Origin: an uncultured Chloroflexia bacterium
Lineage (GTDB): Bacteria; Chloroflexota; Dehalococcoidia; SZUA-161
Direction of reading: 5' to 3'
Assembly: GCA_963827295.1 (NCBI GenBank)
Contig: CAWHAI010000015.1
Span: forward strand, 9,407-73,406
Length of the DNA stretch: 64,000 nt
Below, one piece after another: positions 28,602 to 39,555 of this stretch. The position numbers were made by a program, and so were the translations under genes. Below the pieces are notes generated by a model. It saw only the letters and a program-made list of their open reading frames with translations, was not told the DNA's origin and ran no database searches. How positions within the stretch are numbered: the first letter of the stretch is position 1; the number at the start of each line of letters is the position of its first letter.

Positions 28602-28862
28602 GCATAATATCACGCAGGCTCCTAGCAAATGATGGCTTCTTCCAAATCCACAAGACGCCAGATGGAATAGCAGACAATAGATTGGGTCAGGGTAACTTCA
28701 ACGCAATGATGCAAAGCGGTGCGCACTTGTAGCCTGCGCGCCTTGCTCACAATGCTCAAACAGTAACCTCTTGCAACTTTTCACCCAGAAATGTATTGGA
28801 CATTTGACTGCCCCCATGACATAATCACAGGTGGCGAAGCCACAAGGTGATCGAGTACAGAT

Positions 28863-29842
28863 GTGGGACGCCTTTCAAGGCTCAAAGGGGGTAACGCAGT
28901 GGAATATGCAATTCAAACAGAGAACCTCGTCAAGAAGTACGGCAATGGTTTTACTGCCCTAGCTGGGGTTTCCCTGCAGATAAAAAAGGGCGAGGTCGCC
29001 GGATACGTTGGCCCTAACGGCGCCGGGAAAACTACTACGATCAAGATATTGACTGGCTTAATCAAACCAAGCTCAGGACACGCTTATGTGAACGGCATTG
29101 ATGTGACAGCCAGGCCCAGAGAAGCTCTCCGAACTATCGGAGCACTCATTGAAGTACCTGGGGTGTACGACTACCTGACCCCTCACGAGATGCTGACTTA
29201 CTTTGGCAAGGTCTACAAGATGAGCGGCAATGAGATAGATCGTAGAATCAAGGGGACGCTGGAGTTGGTCAAATTGTCAGAGTGGGAGCATAAGAAGGTA
29301 GGCACTTTCAGCACGGGCATGCAGCGAAGGCTGATAATAGCCAAAGCTATACTGCACAAACCTGACAACTTGATTCTCGACGAGCCAGTCCTCGGATTGG
29401 ACCGGAAGGGATCAGGGATGTAAGAGAACTAATACGACAATTCCGGGAAGAAGGCATGACGGTTTTCCTGAGCTCACATCTATTGGGGGAGGTTGCTGAA
29501 GTCTGTAATACGGTGATTTTCCTGAATAAGGGCAAGGTTGTCTCATCGGATTCCATGGAAAGCATCGGCCATGAAAAGGAACACGGGGTCGTGGATGTGA
29601 AATTCGTCAGACCCTTATCAGGGGAAGAAACTGCGAAACTGAGAGCAATCGAACTGGTAAGAAGCGTGGATGTGAAAGATAACATCGCTCGACTGCACTA
29701 CGACGGGAAACCGGCATCAGCCGTTCAAATTCTGAGATATCTCGTGTCTTCGAATTTTGAAGTGGTGTCCTACAATACAGAGGTAGCAGGTTTGGAAGAC
29801 TACTATGTCTCTGTCATTGGTGATGAGAAAGGGAGCAATTAG
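28863..29842 (+). pseudogene. ABC transporter ATP-binding protein, one frameshift
   Basis: GPNGAGKTTT, FSTGMQRR and ILDEPVLGLD. The sequence continues in another frame from ~29410 (IRDVRELIRQFREEGMTVFLSSHLL). Confidence 0.8.
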
Positions 29843-30643
29843 ATGGAAATACGTGTGGAGAATTTCAGGAACGATATTTCCGAGACTTACCTGTCGGTCA
29901 AGTTTGAACTAATGAAACACCTGAAGCGTAGAAGGCTTCTTATATTGGCAGTACTGGCGGTTATAGTGCCTCTTATCTTCTATGTGAAAGTTCCCGACAC
30001 TGCAGGCGTGTTTGCCGCCAATGTTCTCTCCTTTCTCAGCGTGCTGATAGTAATCTCAGCGGCCATGTTTGCAGGTGATGCAGTATGCGGTGATTTTGAG
30101 AAGAAGACGAACCTTTTATTGTTCCCGACACCGCAAAGAAGATCCACAATCTTCGTGGGGGAATACATTGCTGCGCTGCTGGCTACTTTTTTTGTGGTTT
30201 TCCTCTATTACCTCGTCATGACACTGCAGATTGCGCAACTGTTCGGTTGGGGACAGATTCCGACAGAACTGGCGAAATCTTTCTTGACAGCCTTGATCTA
30301 CTCGGCCAGTGCGGTAAGCGTAGTGTTTTTCTTCAGTGCCATTCTAAAGCGCTCCATTTCTTCGACCATTGTTGGCTTCTTGTTTCTGATGATAGTACTG
30401 CAGGTATTGGCCACGATCCTGATGCGTGTGAACCAGGAACCCTGGTTCATCGTTACCTACTCAGCAAATCTGATAAGAGATGTATTAGGTGTTTCAAGCA
30501 GCCTTCCGTTTGGGCCTGGAGAGCACGGATTTGACTTTACCTCCTTTAAGCCTCATTTTGGGGTAGGGATAGCAGTGATGATGGCTTACGCAATTGTGGG
30601 TCTTGTAGGCGGTATCTTTGTGGCATTGAGAAGGGAGGATTGA
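29843..30643 (+). CDS. ABC-2 family permease
   Basis: 266 aa with 6 predicted hydrophobic segments. It starts 1 nt after the ATPase stop. Confidence 0.65.
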   Translation: MEIRVENFRNDISETYLSVKFELMKHLKRRRLLILAVLAVIVPLIFYVKVPDTAGVFAANVLSFLSVLIVISAAMFAGDAVCGDFEKKTNLLLFPTPQRRSTIFVGEYIAALLATFFVVFLYYLVMTLQIAQLFGWGQIPTELAKSFLTALIYSASAVSVVFFFSAILKRSISSTIVGFLFLMIVLQVLATILMRVNQEPWFIVTYSANLIRDVLGVSSSLPFGPGEHGFDFTSFKPHFGVGIAVMMAYAIVGLVGGIFVALRRED

Positions 30644-30842
30644 CCCACACGTTGCCTGCCTGTTCAAGTTCGCGTCCATTTTTTGCTCTGCTTTTGCGAT
30701 AGGTAGATCTACGTGGCATGTATCAGGTTGCAGCAAAGCAGGAACATGCGACAGCACTTAATCTGTTATACTATTCCCGTTGAAGATTTCCCCAACTGTC
30801 TTACGCCTTGCTGAACATTTACTAGACTAAGAGAGGTGCAGT

Positions 30843-31019
30843 ATGGCAATAGTTGTAGTCGAAAAGAAGTGCTCAGGTTGTGCTCTTTGCGTCTTAATTT
30901 GCCCCCAGGATGCGATGAGACTCCCGCCCTCTTTCATTGTCAATATAGATAAGAATAAGTGCAATGATTGTCGAGAGTGTCTAGGTTTTTGCCCTGCAGA
31001 CGCGTTGAAGGAGGCATAG
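30843..31019 (+). CDS. 2x[4Fe-4S] ferredoxin (58 aa)
   Basis: Below the track cutoff: MAIVVVEKKCSGCALCVLICPQDAM...KNKCNDCRECLGFCPADALKEA. Two CxxCxxCxxxCP motifs. Confidence 0.7.
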   Translation: MAIVVVEKKCSGCALCVLICPQDAMRLPPSFIVNIDKNKCNDCRECLGFCPADALKEA

Positions 31020-31021
31020 AG

Positions 31022-32329
31022 ATGGAAAGAAAAACCTGCGAGTGTGTGGTCATAGGGTCCGGTATAGGTGGAATGTGTGCTGCGGCAAAGCTAGCCTACT
31101 CAGGCTATAAGACAATTATAATTGAAAAACTTCCCATACTAGGTGGTCGATATACGCAGATAGATTATAAAGGCTACAAGATTCCTACCGGTGCATGGAT
31201 GATACTCTATGGCGATAACGACCCAGTATATCATACCTTAGTGGAGGTCAAAGCCCCAGAAATTGAAATGGCCACGCGGAGCTCAGTGCCCCAGATATAC
31301 AGAGTGGGAGGCAAGGACCATCACATGAAGGGCAGGGGTGCTCTAAGGGACATGATTACATGGGCGAGCAATGACAAGGATGAAGTAGATAGGGTGATGG
31401 GCGCACTTAAAAGAGCCCTGTGGTGGTATGAGCCCCCGGACACGATATCCTTCGACGATTGGTTCGGTCAAATTACCCAGAACAAGACAATGCATAATGT
31501 ATTTCAGTGTCTAATTGCAGCCTGGGCAGGCGCCAATTCGTGGGAACTCACTGCAGGACAGTGGTTCAGGATTCTAAAGGGGATGACTGTAGGCGGCAAA
31601 CCCTTCATTCTTAAGAATGGCGTAAAAGATATCATTAATGCCCTGGGGAAAGTAATTAGGGATAATAAGGGCGAGATACTCACCAAAACCCCAGCTAGGG
31701 AAATTACTATTGAAGACAGTACAGTCAGGGGCGTTGTCGCAGAGAGAGAAGGGGAGAAACTGGAGATCGAAGCTAAGGTAGTAGTTAGCAATGTTGGCCC
31801 TAAAATGACGATTAGATTGGGAGGAGAGAACAATTTCGATCGAGCCTATCTGAAGGAGGTAGTGGAGCGGGTCAGAGCAGCGGCGGGAATAGATTATATG
31901 ATTACAACTGATAGACCGCTACTTGAGCCATCCACTGTGCTTTTCACCGCGGATACTCAGAGACTCGAGTGTTTTGTGTCAGAACGTACCTCCGACGGCA
32001 AATATGTATTGCGCACTGCTTCTGTACCTGAATCCACCTTACTCTACTCACCCAAGAAGGAATACGAGATATTTCTTCAAGACCTCAAGGAGACCTTTCC
32101 CGATTTCGAGCAGTGTGGTGGTAGAATACTAATAGCCCGAAACTTTTACGGTGAATGGCCGTTTTATCGAACCTGGCCGGGGGATTGTATCGGCACAAAA
32201 ACATCTGTGGAGAATCTGTACAATGTCGGTGATGGTGTGATTCCTGAAGGCTGGGTTGGTGGCAGCGGGGCTGCCGAAAGCGCCAGAGTGGTGGTGGAAG
32301 ACATTCAGGCGAGGTTAAAGCCGGGGTAA
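31022..32329 (+). CDS. FAD-dependent oxidoreductase (phytoene-desaturase/CrtI-like family)
   Basis: ATG lies 2 nt after the ferredoxin stop. Dinucleotide fold VVIGSGIGGMCAAAKLAYSGYKTIIIEKLPILGGR. Confidence 0.7.
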   Translation: MERKTCECVVIGSGIGGMCAAAKLAYSGYKTIIIEKLPILGGRYTQIDYKGYKIPTGAWMILYGDNDPVYHTLVEVKAPEIEMATRSSVPQIYRVGGKDHHMKGRGALRDMITWASNDKDEVDRVMGALKRALWWYEPPDTISFDDWFGQITQNKTMHNVFQCLIAAWAGANSWELTAGQWFRILKGMTVGGKPFILKNGVKDIINALGKVIRDNKGEILTKTPAREITIEDSTVRGVVAEREGEKLEIEAKVVVSNVGPKMTIRLGGENNFDRAYLKEVVERVRAAAGIDYMITTDRPLLEPSTVLFTADTQRLECFVSERTSDGKYVLRTASVPESTLLYSPKKEYEIFLQDLKETFPDFEQCGGRILIARNFYGEWPFYRTWPGDCIGTKTSVENLYNVGDGVIPEGWVGGSGAAESARVVVEDIQARLKPG

Positions 32330-32421
32330 GGCACACGGTATCATACTTGTTACTGCACTAGTGGCAGCATTCAAAAAGCCGAGAGAAAGCTAGTTAGATT
32401 CTAATTCAATCTCTTTACGAG

Positions 32422-33636
32422 TTAGAGTACCCCTTCACTTTGTAGCCCGCCTATTTTCTCCTGATCATAGCCCAGCAGCTCAGAATAAACTTCAACGTTG
32501 TGCTGGCCAAGGAAGGGAGCTGGCTGGGTAGGATCACCTGGTGTCTCGCTCATCTTGAACACCGAGCCTGGCACTCTGACTTTACCGCTTATTGTCTGCT
32601 CAACGTACACATTCATATTACGGCTGGCAAGCTGCGGGTCGTTTGCTACCTGACTGAAGCTGGGAATCGTAGAACAGGGCAAGTCTGCAGCACTGAATTG
32701 CCTTATCATGTCATCCACCGTCCTCTCCCGTGTCCACTCCTCTACCACAGAATCAATTGCGTGTACATGCTTAATTCGAGTAACCTGGCTCTCATATTCC
32801 GGGACGTTTTTCAGATCTTCCCTGCCTATTATCTTCAGAAAGCGCTCCCACTGACCCACAGTGACAATTGCCAGAACAATATAGCCATCCTTCGCCGGAT
32901 AAATGCTGAATGGCGTAACCTCAATCTGGCCATTGCCCAGTTTTTCAGGTTCCTGTCCCGTCGTCACGTAATAGCCAAGGAATTGAATAGCTGTAATGGC
33001 CCAGATGCAGTCCTGCATAGAGATATCTATGAACTGGCCCTGATTTGTCCTCGATCTGTGTTGTAGAGCGGCGAGGATAGCGATTGCAGGGAATAATCCT
33101 CCCATGAAGTCAGCTATACCTACGCCGACTTTAGTGGGAGGAGAATCTGGGTGGCCGTTGACACTGATCATGCCGCCCATGGCCTGAATGATAGTGTCGT
33201 AAGCTACACGTGAGCGGTATGGTCCAGTGTGCCCAAATCCGGATACTGAAGCATAGATGAGCTTAGGGTTATGTGACTTGAGCTGTTCGTAGCTTAGACC
33301 GAAACCCTCCATTATCCCGGGAGTAAAGTTCTCGACCAGGATATCGCATTTATTGACTAGTTGCTTGCATATTTTTCGCCCCTTTTCCGAATTGAGGTTC
33401 AATGTAATGCTACGCTTACCGCGATTCAAAATCACGAAAGGATAGCTCTCCAAGCCATCTGTCTGGGGAGAAAGATTTCTTAGCCCGTCGCCCCCCTGCG
33501 GTATCTCCAGCTTAATCACATCAGCCCCTAGCTCTGCCAGAATCCTGGTACACAAAGGGCCGGCATAGTTCCGGCTGAAATCCAGCACCTTAATGCCTTC
33601 CAATGCCTTCGCCATACTTGCCTCCTTCTTATCCAC
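32422..33636 (-). CDS. family III CoA-transferase (CaiB/BaiF-type)
   Basis: 404 aa. GIKVLDFSRNYAGPLCTRILAELGADVIKLE. Confidence 0.8.
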   Translation of the reverse strand: MDKKEASMAKALEGIKVLDFSRNYAGPLCTRILAELGADVIKLEIPQGGDGLRNLSPQTDGLESYPFVILNRGKRSITLNLNSEKGRKICKQLVNKCDILVENFTPGIMEGFGLSYEQLKSHNPKLIYASVSGFGHTGPYRSRVAYDTIIQAMGGMISVNGHPDSPPTKVGVGIADFMGGLFPAIAILAALQHRSRTNQGQFIDISMQDCIWAITAIQFLGYYVTTGQEPEKLGNGQIEVTPFSIYPAKDGYIVLAIVTVGQWERFLKIIGREDLKNVPEYESQVTRIKHVHAIDSVVEEWTRERTVDDMIRQFSAADLPCSTIPSFSQVANDPQLASRNMNVYVEQTISGKVRVPGSVFKMSETPGDPTQPAPFLGQHNVEVYSELLGYDQEKIGGLQSEGVL

Positions 33637-33697
33637 CAGATCAACCCTCTGGTCTGGGATTCTCTGTATCGGGGATATACATCCAGACTCAAATGTC

Positions 33698-34846
33698 CTA
33701 TTTGCCCATCAACATTCTGGCGATGATAAGCTTCTGCATTTGTGGTGTGCCGTCGCCCATCTGGAAGCCTACAACGTCCCTTAGTCGTTGCGAAACCGGG
33801 TGTTCAGTACTGTAGGCTGGATGTCCCAATATCGCCATGCAGTCCTTGATAGCTTGAATGGACACCTCAACGCTATACCACTTCGCCATGGAGCACTCCG
33901 TCATGTATGGAAGCCCCTGGTCTTTGAGCGATAGGACTCTATAGCACAGTAACCTCGCTGCTTCAAGCGTGGTGGCATGCTCAGCGATGAGGAAAGACAC
34001 CCCCTGGTATCTATATATGGGCTGGCCGAAGACAATCCGTTCCTTCGCCCAAGCCATGGCATCCTCCAGAGAGGCTTGCGCCCGGCATAAACAGGTCAAA
34101 GCGGTTATAACCCGCAGCCAGTCTAGCGTGGTCATCACCATGAAGAAACCCTGACCCTCCTCACCCTCGCGGTACTTCGCAGGAACACGCACCTCTTCGA
34201 AGCTCGCCACACTCGGCACCAAATTGGCGTTCCCCATCCAGGGGAGAGGTCTTATGGTGATGCCAGGGAGGTTCAGCGGCACCCAGAACATGCTCACTCC
34301 TCTGAATCCAGCAGCAGGGTTGGTCTTGACTGATATCGAGGCTACATCAGCCACCATGGCAAAGGGAATAGGGAACTTCTCGCCAGTTATTATATAGTTG
34401 TCCCCATCCCGTATGGCTCTAGTTTGAACATTGGCAGCATCTGAGCCGGCTTGAGCTTCAGTGAAACCAAAAGCGTGCTTGGTCTCCCGTTTGATCAAGC
34501 GTGGAAACCACTCGTCTTGCACATCCTCAGGTAAAGTCTCCAAGAGCGCGCTTGTTGCTTGCATAGCCCCGACAGTTTCCACATATGGGTCCACCTTGGC
34601 ACATTCCTCAAAGATTATGCCCATAGACACTGCATCGATCTGATGCCCCCCATACTTGGTAGGGACGCCAAGGGCTGACCATCCCATCTCGACAATCTTC
34701 TTGTCAAGAGGCTTTAAAGCCTCATGAAGCTCCATCGGCCCCATCTTGAGTCGCTCCAGAGCCCCGGGGGCAAGCTCCCTTTTAGCAAATTTCCTCGCCT
34801 CTTCGCGCAGCATCTCCTGTTCCTGGGTAAAACCAAGTGCTGACAT
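33698..34846 (-). CDS. acyl-CoA dehydrogenase
   Basis: 382 aa. The ACAD layout runs from the N-terminal helices to the C-terminal ...RDVVGFQMGDGTPQMQKLIIAR. Confidence 0.8.
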   Translation of the reverse strand: MSALGFTQEQEMLREEARKFAKRELAPGALERLKMGPMELHEALKPLDKKIVEMGWSALGVPTKYGGHQIDAVSMGIIFEECAKVDPYVETVGAMQATSALLETLPEDVQDEWFPRLIKRETKHAFGFTEAQAGSDAANVQTRAIRDGDNYIITGEKFPIPFAMVADVASISVKTNPAAGFRGVSMFWVPLNLPGITIRPLPWMGNANLVPSVASFEEVRVPAKYREGEEGQGFFMVMTTLDWLRVITALTCLCRAQASLEDAMAWAKERIVFGQPIYRYQGVSFLIAEHATTLEAARLLCYRVLSLKDQGLPYMTECSMAKWYSVEVSIQAIKDCMAILGHPAYSTEHPVSQRLRDVVGFQMGDGTPQMQKLIIARMLMGK

Positions 34847-34901
34847 TCTTCGCCCTCCCTGCTTGTTAATATTTCAAATGACAAATCTTTGAAGTGAAAG
34901 C

Positions 34902-36038
34902 CTAGATCCACATGGACTTTGAGGGGAGAGAGACTGTTGCAAGCCCCGGCATGGTGTTTTCTCCGCGTTGATTCTCAGTCCGGATTTCGATGTCCACCAG
35001 ATATTCACCGCCATCCTGATATTTCCTAGCAACCTTACCCTTGAGAAACTGCGTATCCCCAAACACATTAAAAAGTATGCAACGGGCATTTAGCTTCTTC
35101 AAGAAACCATCGTCACCCATCCAGTTGGTTATCAAGTGCCCTGCCCATGAGAATCTCTGCATGCCCAGATCGTAGGCTATGGGTACCCCTATTGCATCGG
35201 ATTTGGCAGATTCGTAGTGGACGTCGGCTATGGGTTCAAGCGTGCCTGTCTCGGGATCCCGTACGCCCCACATCGGATGCCTTTTCATGTATTTCCAGCG
35301 TATACGGTGGGCACCCTGGCCACCACCTATCCCCACCATGAACTCCACCATATCTGTAAAAGCGAGTGGTCCTTTGACAACAGGCGTTAGCTCATCGCCC
35401 ACAGCGACATCCTCCCAGTACCTGGGATTTGCGCCCCGGACCTCCTCTTTTTGATACATTTCATCGATTTTCAGCAATTCTTCTTTGGTATACCTGTATT
35501 TTGTTATATTTTTGTACTTACCTCTTTCCTTGGCTGTATCCCTCTCAATCCTCATGGTAGCTCTCTTATTAACCGCCACAATCTCGTCTCTTTGGTTTTT
35601 ATAGACTGTTTTCCCCAATTGCAGGAACTGCCGTCCGCCCATCTTGCCATGCTTCTCCACAAGGTCAGTAGGTATATCAACGCAGGTAAGTCGATCATCA
35701 ACATGTATGATCTGAGACCACTCCCAAGCGCACTCGCAGTGAAAAGCATGTACTCCGGGCAATCCCTCCATTCCCTGAGGAGCAGCTACGGCATAGAGGA
35801 AGAAGGGAGGTGCGATGATATGCCCGTATCTGCTTTTCCTGGCGTATTCTAAATCATGCCAGAGTCGGTTGTCGTCTCCTATCCCCCAAGCGAACTGCCT
35901 TATGGCATCCTGTGAAGCTACTGAGTTCTGCACTTGAGGGTAATGAGGCTTGCCAAATGTGGCCCTCATCTTCGCTAGACCTTCCTCGGTTATCTTTCCA
36001 AATGTCGCTTCCGTGCTATCCCTCGTCATCTGATTCAC
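34902..36038 (-). CDS. double-hotdog (MaoC N-terminal plus MaoC dehydratase-like) acyl-CoA hydratase
   Basis: 378 aa. The size and architecture resemble mesaconyl/itaconyl-CoA-type hydratases. The assignment is by pattern only. Confidence 0.55.
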   Translation of the reverse strand: MNQMTRDSTEATFGKITEEGLAKMRATFGKPHYPQVQNSVASQDAIRQFAWGIGDDNRLWHDLEYARKSRYGHIIAPPFFLYAVAAPQGMEGLPGVHAFHCECAWEWSQIIHVDDRLTCVDIPTDLVEKHGKMGGRQFLQLGKTVYKNQRDEIVAVNKRATMRIERDTAKERGKYKNITKYRYTKEELLKIDEMYQKEEVRGANPRYWEDVAVGDELTPVVKGPLAFTDMVEFMVGIGGGQGAHRIRWKYMKRHPMWGVRDPETGTLEPIADVHYESAKSDAIGVPIAYDLGMQRFSWAGHLITNWMGDDGFLKKLNARCILFNVFGDTQFLKGKVARKYQDGGEYLVDIEIRTENQRGENTMPGLATVSLPSKSMWI

Positions 36039-36746
36039 CTAGTCCTTCGATTTGCTCTGCCGAATCCGTTCCGAGACATCGCTGAACTGATCCCAATCCA
36101 GGCCCAACTGTGCCACCCACACTCTATAGTAATTCAAGACCTCATCCCAAGGAAAATCTTCGTAGGGGCCGTGGTCTTTGATATGCTCGATATGCGGCTT
36201 ACCGTCAAGATCGTAGGGCGAGTCTTTGGCATCGTTTACGCCATCGAATTCTACCGGGGCAAACCGTTTCTTGCGGCAAATATCCAGGTCATAGGCCGGG
36301 CTTGCATGAACCCACCTACCATCGATGAATAACTCGGCATATCCGTGGAAAGGAAGTCGGTTCACTCCTCCTATCATTTCCCGAAAACTACGGGACAGCC
36401 TGTGATCCAGCATATCGACGAATCCCAGACGGGCAGGGATTCCCACGGCTCGGGCTAAAGCGACCAGAAGGATTGCTTTCTGCTGACAAAATCCATTGCC
36501 TGCTTCAAGGATTGCGCTTGCCTTGTAGCGTTCAGGGTCATAAAGCGGCGCATAAGCGTTATGTTTTATCTCATCTCTTACAAAATAGTAAAGGGCTACA
36601 GCCTTTTCTCTGTCTGTTTGCAGCCCCTTGGTCAAAGCTTCGGCTTTTCTCTTTATAGACTCTGCGTCCCAATCAATGAACTCTGTGCGTTTCAAATACC
36701 TTTCCATTCCGGTCACAGGAGCACCTCTTTCAACGTCATAAGTCAT
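36039..36746 (-). CDS. transglutaminase-like (Cys-His-Asp papain-fold) domain protein
   Basis: 235 aa. GNGFCQQKAILLVALARAVGIPARL ... HGYAELFIDGRWVHASP. The stop abuts the hydratase ATG with a 0-nt gap. Confidence 0.65.
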   Translation of the reverse strand: MTYDVERGAPVTGMERYLKRTEFIDWDAESIKRKAEALTKGLQTDREKAVALYYFVRDEIKHNAYAPLYDPERYKASAILEAGNGFCQQKAILLVALARAVGIPARLGFVDMLDHRLSRSFREMIGGVNRLPFHGYAELFIDGRWVHASPAYDLDICRKKRFAPVEFDGVNDAKDSPYDLDGKPHIEHIKDHGPYEDFPWDEVLNYYRVWVAQLGLDWDQFSDVSERIRQSKSKD

Positions 36747-37087
36747 GTGGACCCGTTAGGACAAAGCTCGTGTTTCTAGGATCTACCTCGATGATATACC
36801 GGTGGCTCCCTCAGGTGCGGAGAACTGAGGAAAGTAATAATGCGCAACAGTGTCATGGTACGAACATTCGAATCATATTCTGATTCATTAAACATTCTAC
36901 CGCCCATTTAATGGTTTGTAAACTTTATTCGATGATGATTGTATTGGACCCTCTTTAATAGGTCGCCCTCTGAAGATTCTTACCGTTTCTGCGACAATTT
37001 GACAGGAAGCAATAACAGAGCTAGCATAACTCAACAGGTTATTGCGATTCCTATGATGGCACGACATTTTAACTAAGGAGGAACAAT

Positions 37088-38323
37088 ATGGCGCTTTCCC
37101 TGTATGACCCGTATCAGCATCCTACAGAGTGGACAAAGGAGCTGTACGATGCCTTAGAAAGGGCCAGGGACATAGTTGAGGAATGGTGGTTGCCCAACCG
37201 GCGTGCCTTTGATCGCCTGGGCGGGGTGCTGGCGATGACAGAGATGTCCGATGCTTACTATGGTTTGTACAAGGCGGTGATAGGCGGCGGCTTCTTTGGC
37301 AGGACTATACCCAAGGAATACGGCGGGCCGGGATGGAGCCTCCTCCAATGCGGGCTGTTTTCGGCTGAGCTTGCTAAGATGTCGTATAGCCCGGCCATCG
37401 ACAACTTGTTTGCCTACGGCGAGCCCGCGGTTCAAGTCCTGCTCTATCACACGCCGGATGAGGGTGTTAAGAGGGAGTATCTAAAGAGATTTCTGGATGG
37501 GGGGTACTGCACTATCTTCGCCACTGATCCCGAGTCGGGCATCGATATGGGCTCTATGCGGGGCTCAGCGGAGCTGAGGGGGGATTATTACTATCTCAAC
37601 GGCCCGAAGTGGTGGATGTCATCGTGCAGCCCGGGAGCGGTGGGACTCAATTGGCATTTAGTATTGATGAAAACAGACCTCACCAAGCGCACCAGTGGAC
37701 TCTCGCTGTTCATCATAAACGATGATGCTCCCGGGATTATCCGGGGCCGAGAAGGCGACCTCATGGGACAGAGATGGGCTTGTGCCCGCTACGAAGTGAT
37801 GATGAAAGACCTCAAGGTGCATAAAAAGTACCTCGCAGCTCCCGAGGGGAAAGGCCTGTACGCAATCGTCGATGCCATGAATAAGCACATGGGCAATCAG
37901 GCTTTTCAGGCTGTCGGCTGTCTCGAGGCTGCTATAAAGATGGCTGTGGAGTACACGTCATCCAGCATACGCTGGGACCGTCCCCTCATCGAGAATCAGG
38001 CAATACATTTCCCTATAGCTGAAATGTGGATCAACGCTGAGGCCGGTCGCGCCATGGCTCAGAAGGCCTGCATTCTTTGGGATGAAGGCGATCCTGATGC
38101 GAGGCATGGCAAGTGGTCCGTTCTCGCTTTTCGCTTTATCGTTCCCGCCATGCTCGCAGGATGCATGAAGGCCATCGAACTCCTGGGCGCTCGTTCTATA
38201 GAGAGGGAGGAGGGCTGGCCGCTGGAGTTTATGTTCCGTGAAGCGATGATTCACAACCTGTACCGCACACCCAACGTGGATATGAAGTTCCTTGCTTCCT
38301 ACCTTGTGCAGAGGAGGCTATAG
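37088..38323 (+). CDS. acyl-CoA dehydrogenase-family protein
   Basis: 411 aa with an AAGGAGG RBS. PKEYGGPG..., YYLNGPKWWMS. Confidence 0.7.
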   Translation: MALSLYDPYQHPTEWTKELYDALERARDIVEEWWLPNRRAFDRLGGVLAMTEMSDAYYGLYKAVIGGGFFGRTIPKEYGGPGWSLLQCGLFSAELAKMSYSPAIDNLFAYGEPAVQVLLYHTPDEGVKREYLKRFLDGGYCTIFATDPESGIDMGSMRGSAELRGDYYYLNGPKWWMSSCSPGAVGLNWHLVLMKTDLTKRTSGLSLFIINDDAPGIIRGREGDLMGQRWACARYEVMMKDLKVHKKYLAAPEGKGLYAIVDAMNKHMGNQAFQAVGCLEAAIKMAVEYTSSSIRWDRPLIENQAIHFPIAEMWINAEAGRAMAQKACILWDEGDPDARHGKWSVLAFRFIVPAMLAGCMKAIELLGARSIEREEGWPLEFMFREAMIHNLYRTPNVDMKFLASYLVQRRL

Positions 38324-38424
38324 ACCTGGGTCGATGAGATGACGGCGGTGATGATCCACAAGGACAACGTGTACTGCGAGGCGCACGTCTGGAGAAATAG
38401 AGCGGATTAAGGCGGTTTCTCAGC

Positions 38425-39555
38425 TTATATAAGGAACTCAGTCAACTTCCTGGGATTGCTGCTTTTCATCAGGGCTTCTTCCCTGGTAACGATGTTTCTT
38501 CTTACCAGGTCGGCCAGCGCCTGATCCAAACACTGCTTCCCTTCTGCGGCACCGTACGTAAGGTTACTGGTTATCTCGTGGGTCCTGCCCTCGCGGATGA
38601 GTCTTCTTATCCCGGGCGTGGCAATCATTATCTCAAAGGCGGCTATTCGGCCTCCTTCGATACGGGGTACGAGAACCTGCGATAGCACCGCCTCAATTAC
38701 CTGCGACAACTGCATTCTGATCTGCAGTTGTTGCGCCGGCGGGAAAATATCGAGAATGCGGTCGATCGACTGTGCAGCGTCGATGGTATGCATCGTGCCG
38801 AGCACAAGTTGACCTGTCTCTGCTGCTGTTATAGCTGTGCTAATCGTGGGCAGATCGCGCATCTCTCCGATTACAATCACATTCGGGTCGTGACGGAGGG
38901 CATGGACCATCCCGGTATAGAAGGATTTGGTATCATGCCCCAATTCTCGCTGCCGGATAATGCACTTGTTATCGCAGAACAAGAACTCAATGGGATCTTC
39001 AATGGTAATAACGTTTCGCTTCTGGGTCTGATTGAGATGATTGAGCATGGCTGCCAGAGTGGTGGATTTGCCGCTTCCCGCTGCCCCAGTTATCAAGACC
39101 AGCCCTCTTGGCCTGAGAATAAGCTCCTTACAGACTTGTGGTAATTCCAGTTCATCGATAGATGGGAGCCTGAATGGCACAAGCCTGAAGCCCAGACTCA
39201 TCGAGCCCCGTTGTTGCAGCGCGCTGACCCGGAATCGGGCAAGCCCGGGGATGCTGTAGGAGAAATCCAGCTCCAGTTCTCTATTAAAAATATCCCTTTG
39301 CTCTTCAGTGGTAATCTGTTCAAATATGGATTGAACATCATGGGGCGTTATCGGGGGCAAGTCTTCCTGCGCTAAAAGCTCGCCTTCCACTCGGAGTATA
39401 GGCTGGCTGGGCACTTTGATATGCAAATCCGAAGCGCCTTTGTCCACCATTAACTTCAGAAGCTCGTTTATGCACACCCCAGTGCCCTGAGAGGTCTTCA
39501 CCTCCTCAGTTGATAAGAGTTGTTCATCAGGCATTTTGGGCTTCTTTTTCATCAT
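38425..39555 (-). CDS. pilT: type IV pilus retraction ATPase PilT-family
   Basis: 376 aa. ASDLHI, Walker A GAAGSGKSTT, RHDPNVIVIGEMRD, TGQLVLGTMHT. Confidence 0.8.
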   Translation of the reverse strand: MMKKKPKMPDEQLLSTEEVKTSQGTGVCINELLKLMVDKGASDLHIKVPSQPILRVEGELLAQEDLPPITPHDVQSIFEQITTEEQRDIFNRELELDFSYSIPGLARFRVSALQQRGSMSLGFRLVPFRLPSIDELELPQVCKELILRPRGLVLITGAAGSGKSTTLAAMLNHLNQTQKRNVITIEDPIEFLFCDNKCIIRQRELGHDTKSFYTGMVHALRHDPNVIVIGEMRDLPTISTAITAAETGQLVLGTMHTIDAAQSIDRILDIFPPAQQLQIRMQLSQVIEAVLSQVLVPRIEGGRIAAFEIMIATPGIRRLIREGRTHEITSNLTYGAAEGKQCLDQALADLVRRNIVTREEALMKSSNPRKLTEFLI

